Below, one piece after another: positions 52,093-61,339 of a DNA stretch of 64,000 nt. A model generated the notes under the pieces. The model was given only the letters and a program-made list of their open reading frames with translations. It was not told the DNA's origin and made no database searches. The translations under genes and the position numbers were made by a program. The stretch is from a bacterium (lineage in GTDB: Bacteria; UBA10199; 2-02-FULL-50-16; JAJFLM01): the NCBI GenBank assembly GCA_965216315.1, contig CBDCFN010000016.1:1664001-1728000 (forward strand), in the 5' to 3' direction. Position 1 is the first letter of the stretch; each line of letters begins with the position of its first letter.

Positions 52093-52887
52093 ATGTCAGA
52101 GGCCTTTCAGTATCTCGTCTACGACATCGAATCGGTTACGAACCGACCCTTACTCAATAAAGTCCTCTATCCCGGTGAGGGCCTGAGCGATAGCGAGGCC
52201 TATGCAAAGCACGTGGCTGAACTTGCCGAAGAAGGCCGCGACTTTATCAATCCGTCGTTTCACAAACCAATTTCCTTAGCCGCCGTCGCGGTGGCCGAAG
52301 ATTTCTCCATCAGTCGCATTGGTCTCTTGGGTGGCGAGGACCGGACGACGGCCAGCATCGTTCATGACTTCTGGGACATCTACAATAAACAACGCCCTAC
52401 CCTCGTTGACTTTAACGGCAAGGGTTTTGACCTGAGACTCTTAGAACTCTGGGCCTTTCAGCTCGGCATCTCCATTCATAAACGTCATTTTGAAAAATTT
52501 GGTACGCGCTATCGCTTCAATGAAGACAATCACATCGATCTTCATGAGTTTTTGAGCAATCACGGCGCTATTCGTTGGCGTGGCGGCCTCGATTTGTTTT
52601 CAAAGCTGCTCGGCAAGCCCGGCAAAATGTCCACCAAGGGTGAGATGGTCCAGGAACTCTATGACGACGGGAAACAGTTTGAGATCGATGATTACTGTCT
52701 CTGTGACGTGATGGATACTTATTTCGTTTTTTTACGGACGCGTGTGATGCTCGGAGCACTAACACTCACACGTGAACAATCTCTCGTCGAGGCCGCTAAA
52801 GAAAAAATCATACAAGAAATGCATAACAAACAATATTTCCGTACCTATTTAGAACACTTTGAAACGTGGCAAGCCGACGACAGCTGA
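52093..52887 (+). CDS. predicted 3'-5' exonuclease (PolB-related DEDD family)
   Basis: YDIES (ExoI), FNGKGFD (ExoII), HIDL, YCLCDV (ExoIII). Confidence 0.88.
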   Translation: MSEAFQYLVYDIESVTNRPLLNKVLYPGEGLSDSEAYAKHVAELAEEGRDFINPSFHKPISLAAVAVAEDFSISRIGLLGGEDRTTASIVHDFWDIYNKQRPTLVDFNGKGFDLRLLELWAFQLGISIHKRHFEKFGTRYRFNEDNHIDLHEFLSNHGAIRWRGGLDLFSKLLGKPGKMSTKGEMVQELYDDGKQFEIDDYCLCDVMDTYFVFLRTRVMLGALTLTREQSLVEAAKEKIIQEMHNKQYFRTYLEHFETWQADDS

Positions 52888-54360
52888 TTAGCTCTCCGGT
52901 GCAGGAGTCGGGTAACAAGTCGGATATTTATCATCGACATCATTATCCGTCAGTTGAACGGCCGGTTGCGTAAAATCGGCTTTGATGATGTAGATTTCAT
53001 AATCACCATCATGGTTGGAATGAAACATGAGGTACTTGCCGTCATAGGTCCAATCCAGTCCGCCGACATCACCCTCGAAACCGCTTTCCGGCGAATTATG
53101 CGTGGCGGAACAGCTCACTTCCGGATACGAGAGGTCACATATTTCGATGACGTGCTTATAGGGACTGCCATCCGTCAGCCGCCCCCGACGTTGAGAGATG
53201 TAGGCCAAGCGACTCCCATCGGGCGACAACGCCAAATCCGTGAGATCATAGCCCAATGCCTTGCGCAACTCTCTAAGGGTGCGACCGCGAGGAAAAACTT
53301 CCGCTTGAGCCAGCACCATTATCACCGATTCATCTCCCGAGGGTCGGCGCGCAAAGAAATAACGACGACCGTCATCGCCCGCCACGCCCGGAACCGGATC
53401 CGTCCGGCCGACGATAAATTCGTTCATGGCCTGAAAATCCGTGATGATCGCACGGACCGTTCGTGAACTATCCATCGAATAGATGCTACCAAGGTAATCG
53501 AGACGATCCTCAACAACATCCAGCTTAACAAAACTAAGCTGGCCATCCGATGTCCAACTCGGGGCATATCCGTAATAATGTCGGTTCTCGAGGTCTTTTA
53601 TTGCGTTATAAGTGAACGTCGGACTAACCGCGTCCGGATCGTACCAGCCCCAATAAATCCGGCTGGCCGCAGATACAGGTCGACCTGAAAACGTGTTTCG
53701 AAAGGCCAAGGTCCCTTCCCCGTTAAAATCAAGATCCCCGTAAGTCATGCGCTCATCCGCATTCGATGTTAGTTGATCCGTTACCACGCCACGATGAATG
53801 CTATCGAGATCCGAGAAATATATATTTTCTTTATCTTCAATTGTCGTCCCGCCATACGTCGCAGCCCGTTTGGAGACGAACGCAAAACGATAGTTAGTGG
53901 GTATCGTGTAACGCACGCTCGCCACCTCACCGATCAGCTCGACCCCAAAACGACGGCCCACGGCGGCTTCGACTTCAGCACGGCGCCGGGCTTCCATCTC
54001 TTCGGGAGTCAATTCCTCTGTCCCGGCCACCTCCCCGCCTTCATCACCCGTACCGTCACCCGTTCCACTAGGTCTTACTTCTTCAATCAATTCAGGTGCT
54101 GCGGGTTCTTCGCTACCGCCGTCGCCTGTAGGGACCGTCGTATCAGGAGACCCATCACCGACGACGGCCACATCACCAGTGCCACTTTCCGGGGCTCCAG
54201 TAATATCAATCGAACCCACGTCCGGCCCGACATCCTCGGTCGCTTGCGTACACGCAAACGTCATCATTAATAGGATCCCGACGCCGCCACCTAGTACGGC
54301 CCGGGTTAATGAATGAAGTGAATTATTGTGAAACATCCTCGTTACCTCCGTCATCCCCAT
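52888..54360 (-). CDS. lipoprotein with TolB-like (PD40) beta-propeller
   Basis: Lipobox TFAC, acidic linker, PSWTSDG, LSPDGSRLAY, WTYDGKYLMFHSNHDGDYEIY; start uncertain. Confidence 0.8.
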   Translation of the reverse strand: MGMTEVTRMFHNNSLHSLTRAVLGGGVGILLMMTFACTQATEDVGPDVGSIDITGAPESGTGDVAVVGDGSPDTTVPTGDGGSEEPAAPELIEEVRPSGTGDGTGDEGGEVAGTEELTPEEMEARRRAEVEAAVGRRFGVELIGEVASVRYTIPTNYRFAFVSKRAATYGGTTIEDKENIYFSDLDSIHRGVVTDQLTSNADERMTYGDLDFNGEGTLAFRNTFSGRPVSAASRIYWGWYDPDAVSPTFTYNAIKDLENRHYYGYAPSWTSDGQLSFVKLDVVEDRLDYLGSIYSMDSSRTVRAIITDFQAMNEFIVGRTDPVPGVAGDDGRRYFFARRPSGDESVIMVLAQAEVFPRGRTLRELRKALGYDLTDLALSPDGSRLAYISQRRGRLTDGSPYKHVIEICDLSYPEVSCSATHNSPESGFEGDVGGLDWTYDGKYLMFHSNHDGDYEIYIIKADFTQPAVQLTDNDVDDKYPTCYPTPAPES

Positions 54361-54396
54361 GACGGCCCAGTCGATTAAGCTATTTCACAATTGAGA

Positions 54397-55050
54397 CTAT
54401 AAACCCTCGATGTCCCAACCATCTCCTGAACCTGGTTCTTCTCCCGAGCCTTCACCGGCACCGTCGCCTGCATTCCCGCTCGGAGCGGCCGCCGGCGCAC
54501 TGCCGCCGGCACTTGAACTGACCGAAAAACCCCAACTGATAACCTGATTTATTGATTCCGGAGTCGTCGCATCTCCCTCCCCAAGTGTCGGTTCCTGACT
54601 GGGAGGCGTGTAAAGCTGAGGGCGGTTTCCGGCGACGCGACCCAGGTACTGACCCGGTTCCAGACCGGACTGCTTCGCGCTATCGATCGCTGCATTGAGT
54701 TCCGGTCCGAATGTCACTGTGCAATCGGTACCGGACACGAGGGGCTGCGTTGGAACAATATTAATCTTGCCCGCCGAGCTGTTATAAACAACATCGATCG
54801 GAACCGGTCCGTCATCGATGCCTTCACCTTGGCAGTCAAAACTGATGTTCTCGGCCGTCACTTTTTGGGCATCGACTTTATAACCCATGGTAATGGCAAT
54901 TTCATCACCAGGATTCAAAACACTGTCTGCAGGTTCCGTCGTCGTCGGCTGGCCCGTATTGAGTCCGCCACTGCCATCGCCTTGGCAGGCGACCACAAAG
55001 AGCACCGCAAATACCGCGACAAAAGGCTTAATGCCGATCTTACTCACCAA
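54397..55050 (-). CDS. lipoprotein with Ig-like (SbsA/Big_5-like) domain, paralog 2
   Basis: Lipobox VVAC; domain highly similar to 55040..56104; start TTG 55050 or GTG 55047 after GAGGAGG. Confidence 0.75.
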   Translation of the reverse strand: MVSKIGIKPFVAVFAVLFVVACQGDGSGGLNTGQPTTTEPADSVLNPGDEIAITMGYKVDAQKVTAENISFDCQGEGIDDGPVPIDVVYNSSAGKINIVPTQPLVSGTDCTVTFGPELNAAIDSAKQSGLEPGQYLGRVAGNRPQLYTPPSQEPTLGEGDATTPESINQVISWGFSVSSSAGGSAPAAAPSGNAGDGAGEGSGEEPGSGDGWDIEGL

Positions 55051-56104
55051 GACCTTCCTCCTCAAGATGCTGTTCCCAACTCTTGTCTTCTAGTTTAAGC
55101 GTCAGGCCGCAGTTCTCGGATTTATCCGCATCATCATTTTCGGTATAGGCCTCAACGATGAGATCTGTCTTGCCATCAAACTCTTTCGGCGCATTGACAT
55201 CAACGGTATACCCGGCTTCCAGTAATGGATTCGTCGTTTTCTTCTCAATTGACTCGTCGATCAAATTTTCGCTCCAATGAAAGGAAAGTTCGCCCTTCGT
55301 ACTGTTTTCCCCTTTCAAGGTAAACTTGAGCGGCTGCTCTTTAAAATAAGACTCTTGGACCGGATCGACCGTCACCGCACAGGTCGGCGTCGGCGTCGCT
55401 TCTGCCGGCGGCTCTTCTGCAGGGGGTTCTTCCGCGGGCGGTGCTTCATCACCGCCCCCCAACACCCCTTCACCGACGCCCGGCAGATCGGAATCGCCGC
55501 CACCCGTCGCTGGTGGCGCGCCGGTTGCTGAAGAACTCACGGTAAAATTCCAGGCATAGGCTTGATCACTGACGGCCGGCACTTGGTCAACTCCCGCGGG
55601 CGCGGTCGAAGGTTCCTGTCCCGGTGGTGTATAGACACCGACATAAGGCGTGGCATTTTGATACTCATAGGCGCCACGCGGCGGGCGATTACCACCAACG
55701 CGGCCAAGATATTCTCCCGTCGCCAAGCCCGACTGCTGCGCCTGATTGATCTCTGCATTGAGTTCCGGTCCGAACGTTACGTTACAAGTCGTCCCGGACA
55801 CCAGTGCCTGTTTCGGCACGATATTAATTTTACGCGCAGAACTGTTATAAATAACATCAATAGGAACCGGACCGTCGTCGATGCCTTCACCTTGGCAACT
55901 AAAGGTAATGTTGTCGGCATTGACCTTCTGCGAATCGATACCAAAACCCATCGTCATGGATATCTCATCACCCGGATTGAGCACCTCATCGGCTGGTTCC
56001 GTCGTGGTGGGCTCACCTGTATTGATCCCTAACCCGTCACCGCCACCACCTTGCTCACACGCAATGACACTTAAGATGGAAAGAATTGCGATCAGTAGTT
56101 TCAT
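55040..56104 (-). CDS. lipoprotein with Ig-like domain and PAEEP linker, paralog 1
   Basis: Lipobox VIAC; GAGG RBS. Confidence 0.8.
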   Translation of the reverse strand: MKLLIAILSILSVIACEQGGGGDGLGINTGEPTTTEPADEVLNPGDEISMTMGFGIDSQKVNADNITFSCQGEGIDDGPVPIDVIYNSSARKINIVPKQALVSGTTCNVTFGPELNAEINQAQQSGLATGEYLGRVGGNRPPRGAYEYQNATPYVGVYTPPGQEPSTAPAGVDQVPAVSDQAYAWNFTVSSSATGAPPATGGGDSDLPGVGEGVLGGGDEAPPAEEPPAEEPPAEATPTPTCAVTVDPVQESYFKEQPLKFTLKGENSTKGELSFHWSENLIDESIEKKTTNPLLEAGYTVDVNAPKEFDGKTDLIVEAYTENDDADKSENCGLTLKLEDKSWEQHLEEEGLGE

Positions 56105-56126
56105 AGCTTCCTCACTTATTGAGTCA

Positions 56127-56609
56127 TTATATCACGGATCCCGGCTTAACAGATATCTTTCCTAAATAGGCCTCAGAAGCCTGAATTGCCTTCTTACAGC
56201 CATTAACGACGTAGTTCTCCGCCGGGGTTTCCTCAGCTATTATCGTCAAATTAAGGTCCCCGAGTTGCGCCGCCGTGGCCAGGGACAAAACACGGTTGGC
56301 AATCTTCTCGCTCTGGGCCGGGACGATTACATAATCGGTTTTCGACGTCGAACTGCAGGTCGTTGAAATAACAAAGCTACTCTTGGTTCCATTGGCCTTA
56401 ATTTTGCCGTTACCATCGCAATAATAATGACCGACATCACTCTCCTTCGCGCTCACGCGAATGTTGTCTACCTTACATACGTAGGTATTACTTTTCACCG
56501 GCGTCGGTTGAAAGATCTCTTTGTCCGGACCCGGTTGGATGGCCATTACACCCTGTGAAATCAGGCCCAGTGTCCCTACCATCAAAAAACCTGTAAATAT
56601 GCGTTTCAT
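56127..56609 (-). CDS. hypothetical secreted protein
   Basis: AGGAGGAG RBS; signal peptide; 4 Cys. Confidence 0.75.
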   Translation of the reverse strand: MKRIFTGFLMVGTLGLISQGVMAIQPGPDKEIFQPTPVKSNTYVCKVDNIRVSAKESDVGHYYCDGNGKIKANGTKSSFVISTTCSSTSKTDYVIVPAQSEKIANRVLSLATAAQLGDLNLTIIAEETPAENYVVNGCKKAIQASEAYLGKISVKPGSVI

Positions 56610-56619
56610 CCACTCCTCC

Positions 56620-56943
56620 TTATATCAATAACAATTTATTCACGACGACCATGATCAGCGCCGCATTGATGCCTGTTTTCTCTTCCGTTCCGGCATCCTC
56701 GCCTTCGCCTTCACCTTCGCCGGGCTCATCGCCTCCTTCTTCAGCAACGTCGCCTTCATCCGGACCTGGACCATCCTCTCCGCCGGATCCCCCATCGCCC
56801 GGCGGAGTGATGCCCTCATCAATCTCTACAGCTTTATCCCCGCTTAGGTCGCCACCGGTTCCACTGCATGAATTCATCGCGACCAGACAGAGACCTAAAG
56901 CCAGGCAAAACGCGTATAAGAAGAGTTGGCGACGTAACCTCAT
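56620..56943 (-). CDS. acidic Gly/Glu-rich lipoprotein-like protein with hydrophobic C-terminal tail
   Basis: MRLRRQLF...VAMNSC signal; tail GINAALIMVVVNKLLLI; upstream ATG 56961 lies inside the sigma54 motif. Confidence 0.65.
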   Translation of the reverse strand: MRLRRQLFLYAFCLALGLCLVAMNSCSGTGGDLSGDKAVEIDEGITPPGDGGSGGEDGPGPDEGDVAEEGGDEPGEGEGEGEDAGTEEKTGINAALIMVVVNKLLLI

Positions 56944-56956
56944 GTAACTAGATTGC

Positions 56957-56972
56957 TGCATATTTCATGCCA
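56957..56972 (-). promoter_or_regulatory. sigma54 (-24/-12) promoter
   Basis: TGGCATGAAATATGCA (GG-N10-GC) with AT-rich tract upstream. Confidence 0.65.
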
Positions 56973-57046
56973 AACAACGCTGTCGAAGTACTCGATATAA
57001 CTATATAATATTACTAATTAATTTAAGAATATTTAAGCTAGGGCAT

Positions 57047-57078
57047 TTATCAAAATGATAATATTATCAAAATGATAA
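57047..57078. promoter_or_regulatory. tandem palindromic operator sites
   Basis: TTATCAAAATGATAA at 57047-57061 and 57064-57078. Confidence 0.55.
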
Positions 57079-57083
57079 TATTT

Positions 57084-58055
57084 CTAGCGATATTGGGCCA
57101 ACAGCCAAGCGCCGACCGGCTTGAAGACCTGATCGTGGGAATAACGGCTGATAAAGAGGTCGGCATGGGCATAATGACGGGAATCATCGCCGACCACCAG
57201 CGTTTCCTTCACTTTAGAGGCTGCAATTTCCAACGGCGACAAGGCCGTCAGTGGTGGCACAATCCCGTCCCGATTCGCCAACACACAGAGCAATGGCTTC
57301 TTTACCTTGCGAAAGGCATCCGTCAAACTCTCCTCATCCAGCCAGAGGTCCTTGGCCTTGATCCACTCGGCAATCTGCCGATTGATATGACGATTGGGAT
57401 TTTCAACCGTATTAAAGAGGATCTTCGGATCACTAAGGTCAACGATCTCGGGATGAAGATACAGTTTCACAAAGGGGGATTTTAGCAGCTTGGGATAAAT
57501 ACCTCGCAAGATCTCACGGACACCAACGATGGGAATTTTTTCCAACATGCGCGGTGACAAGGAAGCGAGCCGCAGGATAGGATGGACCTTGTCCCAACGC
57601 AAAGGTGATCCGATTCCGACGATGGATCCTGCTTTGTGCCGTTGAACGAATGAGGCATAAATATATGCCAACGTTCCACCCAAGCTACAGCCAATAAGGT
57701 CAATCCGTCCGGCCTCACTGCGACTTGTCTTGACGACAAAGTCGACCGCCGCCTTGAGATCTTCAACGGCAAGCTCTTTTAAACCATAGCGTCTCTTTCC
57801 ACCACGCCAGCGACTCTCCCCTTGCCCACGTAAATTAACCGACCACACCTCAAAACCCATACGGGTCAGATACGTTTCCATCGACAAACCACTGGGGTGA
57901 TAGCCAAAAATAAAGCTATTCATTCCATAACCTGGAATAATCATTAGTGGGCGTCGCTTCTTAATAGCGCGTTTAGGCGGATGACATTGCTTGAGTTCAA
58001 GCTCCCAGCCGTTTTTATTGGAAACAAAATGGGTTTTCTGTCGCGCCTGGGACAT
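57084..58055 (-). CDS. alpha/beta hydrolase (PHA synthase/lipase-like fold)
   Basis: NLRGQGES, IGCSLGG (GxSxG), DGIVP, YAHADL. Confidence 0.85.
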   Translation of the reverse strand: MSQARQKTHFVSNKNGWELELKQCHPPKRAIKKRRPLMIIPGYGMNSFIFGYHPSGLSMETYLTRMGFEVWSVNLRGQGESRWRGGKRRYGLKELAVEDLKAAVDFVVKTSRSEAGRIDLIGCSLGGTLAYIYASFVQRHKAGSIVGIGSPLRWDKVHPILRLASLSPRMLEKIPIVGVREILRGIYPKLLKSPFVKLYLHPEIVDLSDPKILFNTVENPNRHINRQIAEWIKAKDLWLDEESLTDAFRKVKKPLLCVLANRDGIVPPLTALSPLEIAASKVKETLVVGDDSRHYAHADLFISRYSHDQVFKPVGAWLLAQYR

Positions 58056-58109
58056 GGATGGACAGAGAGTGACAATTCTTTAACTAATTTGCAAATGAAT
58101 GCCGAAGCA

Positions 58110-59132
58110 CTAAGCACCCCCTGAACTCTCAGAGTGATGCGAATGAGAAATCATTGGCTCGCGCTTAAAGGATCGAACCCAAGCATTGATAGACTGAGCT
58201 TGCACCAGTAAGAACCTCGATTCACGAATCGATCGCGCGTGATAGGTAAATGAATCATCACGCCGAACGGCCATAATAGACGGAGCCGTTCCAAACTCAG
58301 TTGTCATTAAGACACGGCCATGGGGATCAACCGCATCACTCGACAAAAAAGATTCAAAGCCGGGGCTTACAATAGAATTTTTTGAGGTAGTTGCTGCTCT
58401 CTCGGGTGCATTCGACAAGTAAACGGTTCGGATGGGATCCGAAAAGACGGACATCGCCCCCTCAACTAGCTGCGGCAATTCAAGGCTGAAGATGCTGCCA
58501 TAGATAACGGCGACACTCCGCCCTGCAATCAACTGCGCGACGCGCTCATAATAGTTCTTATTGCCGAGAAATGTCTCCGGTCGAACGGAATAACTAGACA
58601 GAAAGCGCTGCAAGCGCATCGCGTTAATCCGGTTAGAACGCAGATTGTCAATGTGACAACTAAAAGCCATTTTGTAGGCTACCGGAATATCCCGCAGATA
58701 ATGTTCCTTCGGCGCCCCCGGAGTAAGGAGATTATGAACTTCAGCCAGGAAATCGGATGCTGTTGCATGCTCGGGAATGCGCGGCAGCAGCATCGTCATC
58801 GTCAAGGCCACGTTAGGGGCCATATCTGTCATGATAAGTCCCGAGGCCAGGGACACGGCGGCAAAATTGAGATTCTGGAATCCACCGACTCCAAAGACAA
58901 CCCCACCGATATCGTCAATGGCCGGATAGAAATCCTGAAAATAACGCTCATTCGAGAGTAGATGCAGACCATAGCTCGTTTGCTCCGTGGCAAAAGGCTC
59001 CAGCGGTGTCGTGATATCCGCCGCCTGAAAGAAGCGCACCGGACCCGCTTCAAAGAGCGGCTGCACCACAGCCGAAGCCGCCAGCATCGGGGTCGTCATT
59101 GCAGCCGATTGGAGGAGTCCTGCTGAGATCAT
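58110..59132 (-). CDS. hypothetical protein, possibly methyltransferase-like fold
   Basis: SNE...GGVVFGVGGFQN...TD...TVYLSNA; family assignment tentative. Confidence 0.6.
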   Translation of the reverse strand: MISAGLLQSAAMTTPMLAASAVVQPLFEAGPVRFFQAADITTPLEPFATEQTSYGLHLLSNERYFQDFYPAIDDIGGVVFGVGGFQNLNFAAVSLASGLIMTDMAPNVALTMTMLLPRIPEHATASDFLAEVHNLLTPGAPKEHYLRDIPVAYKMAFSCHIDNLRSNRINAMRLQRFLSSYSVRPETFLGNKNYYERVAQLIAGRSVAVIYGSIFSLELPQLVEGAMSVFSDPIRTVYLSNAPERAATTSKNSIVSPGFESFLSSDAVDPHGRVLMTTEFGTAPSIMAVRRDDSFTYHARSIRESRFLLVQAQSINAWVRSFKREPMISHSHHSESSGGA

Positions 59133-59138
59133 GGGCCC

Positions 59139-59164
59139 TTATCGACGAATTTTCGCAAGCGTTG
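59139..59164 (-). promoter_or_regulatory. sigma28-like promoter motif (CAACGC-N12-GTCGATAA)
   Basis: 6 nt upstream of ATG 59132, no SD. Confidence 0.55.
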
Positions 59165-59277
59165 TGACCTGAATTTGTTGAAAATTTATGATTGAAATCA
59201 GTACCCGGGCTTTGTTAGGGTCGGCCTGCTTTTTTAGCTAAGCCCATAATATTATAAGATTTTTTAAGGGAGTTGTT

Positions 59278-61284
59278 ATGTATCCGATAGCGGTCAGCGT
59301 CATTCTACTCGTAGGTCTCACGATTTTCGCCCATACGGCCTACCGGTGGATGAAGGTTTTTCTCCAGGCTCGAGGCGATCATGAGCGTCTCCAGGATATT
59401 CCCGGCCGTATCAAATTTGTCCTCCGCCACTTTCTCGGCCAAGAAAAGCTCCTTAAACTCGACCCACGAGCGGGCTTCATGCACGCCTTGATCTTCTGGG
59501 GTTTCCTCGTCATTGCCATCCGCACGATCACCCTCTTCGCGGTCGGCTTTGATGCGGATTTTGTCTTCCCCTTGATGGGTGGCCAGCTTGGCAAGATTTA
59601 TAGCTTTCTGCTGGCGGTCTTCGAACTCCTCGTCTGCTGGGGCGTCGCCTTTATGCTGTATCGCCGCCTCGTTCTCAAACCGGCACGTCTAACCTATGAA
59701 ACCGAAGGTACGGCGATACTCTTCGTTATCTTGGGACTGATGGTCACGGATTTTCTGCTCGAAGGGGCTCAGGTCGCAATGAACGGTGGGCATGAAGAAA
59801 GCTGGAATTTCGCCGCGCATTGGACAGGGCAAGCCATGCTCGCAATGGGATTGGGGCCAACCGCACTCAAATCGATCTTCGTCAGTAATTATTTTATTCA
59901 CATCATTGCAATCATCGCGTTTCTCAACTTTCTGCCCTACGGCAAACACTTTCACGTTATCACCGCGCTCTTTAATGTCTTTTTGCTGAAGCGGACACCC
60001 TATGGCCGTCTTTCCATGATGGATTTAGAAGATGAAAATGCCGAATCATTCGGCACTGGAAAGACCGAAGACCTGACCTGGAAACAGATGCTGGATATCG
60101 TTTCCTGTACGCATTGCGGACGTTGCTCTTCCGTCTGTCCGGCTTGGGCCACTGACAAACCCCTCAATCCCAAGCTGATCAACGAAGACCTCTTTCATCA
60201 TATGAAGAAAAAGTATCATATGTTGCCGGGATTTTTGGCCGACCAAACCCAGCCTAGCGATGATGACCTCGGAACCGATGAAAAACCACTTTCTCCGTTC
60301 GTCATTGAAAATGATGTTCTCTGGTCGTGCACCTCGTGTCGTGCGTGCGAAAACGTCTGCCCGGTTGACATCGAATTCGTCGATAAAATCGTCGATATGC
60401 GACGTCATCAAGTTTTAACTCAAGGAACTTTCCCGGAAGAAGTCCAAGCAACTTTCAAGAACATGGAAAACCAATCTAATCCCTGGGGCATCAGCAGCGA
60501 TGACCGTGCCAACTGGGCTGAGGGGCTGGGCGTCAAAACGATGGCGGAACACCCGGATGCCGAGTATCTTTATTATGTGGGCTGCGCCGGTTCTTTTGAT
60601 GACAGAAACAAAAAGATCGCGACGGCGTTCGTCAAGATATTGCAACTGGCCGATATCGACTTTGCGATCCTTGGCAAGGAAGAATACTGTTGCGGTGATC
60701 CCGCCCGACGCATTGGCAATGAATACCTCTACCAAATGCTCGCCCAGCAAAACGCCGAGGTCATGAAAAACTACAAGGTGCAGAAGATCCTGACGGCCTG
60801 CCCTCACTGTTTCAATACGATCAAAAATGAATATCCTGACTTTGATGCCCACTTTGAAGTCGTCCATCATACGGAGTTCATCGCCAAGCTCATCAAAGAC
60901 GGCAAGGTGAAACCCAACAAATCGCTCGACGAAACCGTTACCTATCACGACTCTTGTTATCTGGGTCGCTATAACGACATCTATAAAGCACCACGAGAAA
61001 TACTGGAGAGCATCCCCAACCTCACGCTCAAAGAGATGGAACTAGCCGAAGACATGGGTCGCTGTTGTGGCGCCGGCGGCGGTCGCATGTGGATGGAAGA
61101 GACACTGGGAACACGGGTCAATCACAAACGCATGGATGACGCCCTGGAAACCGGCGCCTCGACCGTCGCGTCCAATTGTCCTTTCTGTGTCACGATGTTA
61201 AATGATGCTGCCAACGACAAAGAAGTCGCCGACCGTGTCAAGACGCGTGATGTCGCCGAGATACTCGCCGACGCGATTGAGTAA
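59278..61284 (+). CDS. membrane-bound Fe-S oxidoreductase (FadF/heterodisulfide reductase-like)
   Basis: TM domain with PYGKHFH; CTHCGRCSSVCP and CTSCRACENVCP; two CCG domains (YVGC..CCG..CPHC; YHDSC..CCGAGGG..CPFC). Confidence 0.93.
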   Translation: MYPIAVSVILLVGLTIFAHTAYRWMKVFLQARGDHERLQDIPGRIKFVLRHFLGQEKLLKLDPRAGFMHALIFWGFLVIAIRTITLFAVGFDADFVFPLMGGQLGKIYSFLLAVFELLVCWGVAFMLYRRLVLKPARLTYETEGTAILFVILGLMVTDFLLEGAQVAMNGGHEESWNFAAHWTGQAMLAMGLGPTALKSIFVSNYFIHIIAIIAFLNFLPYGKHFHVITALFNVFLLKRTPYGRLSMMDLEDENAESFGTGKTEDLTWKQMLDIVSCTHCGRCSSVCPAWATDKPLNPKLINEDLFHHMKKKYHMLPGFLADQTQPSDDDLGTDEKPLSPFVIENDVLWSCTSCRACENVCPVDIEFVDKIVDMRRHQVLTQGTFPEEVQATFKNMENQSNPWGISSDDRANWAEGLGVKTMAEHPDAEYLYYVGCAGSFDDRNKKIATAFVKILQLADIDFAILGKEEYCCGDPARRIGNEYLYQMLAQQNAEVMKNYKVQKILTACPHCFNTIKNEYPDFDAHFEVVHHTEFIAKLIKDGKVKPNKSLDETVTYHDSCYLGRYNDIYKAPREILESIPNLTLKEMELAEDMGRCCGAGGGRMWMEETLGTRVNHKRMDDALETGASTVASNCPFCVTMLNDAANDKEVADRVKTRDVAEILADAIE

Positions 61285-61339
61285 TCGCAACTCATTGTAG
61301 GCCGCTGTCCGATACTCTATAATAGAGTCACGTAGGCCT

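Noticed and set aside
54368..54393. CAATTG-N12-ATCGACTG upstream of 54360 as another sigma28-like promoter
   Set aside because: Spacing fits but both halves have several mismatches, and the gene lies inside an operon
57084..58055. Call as PHA synthase PhaC
   Set aside because: Nucleophile position is Ser (G-C-S-L-G), not the Cys of GxCxGG; no phaE/phaAB nearby
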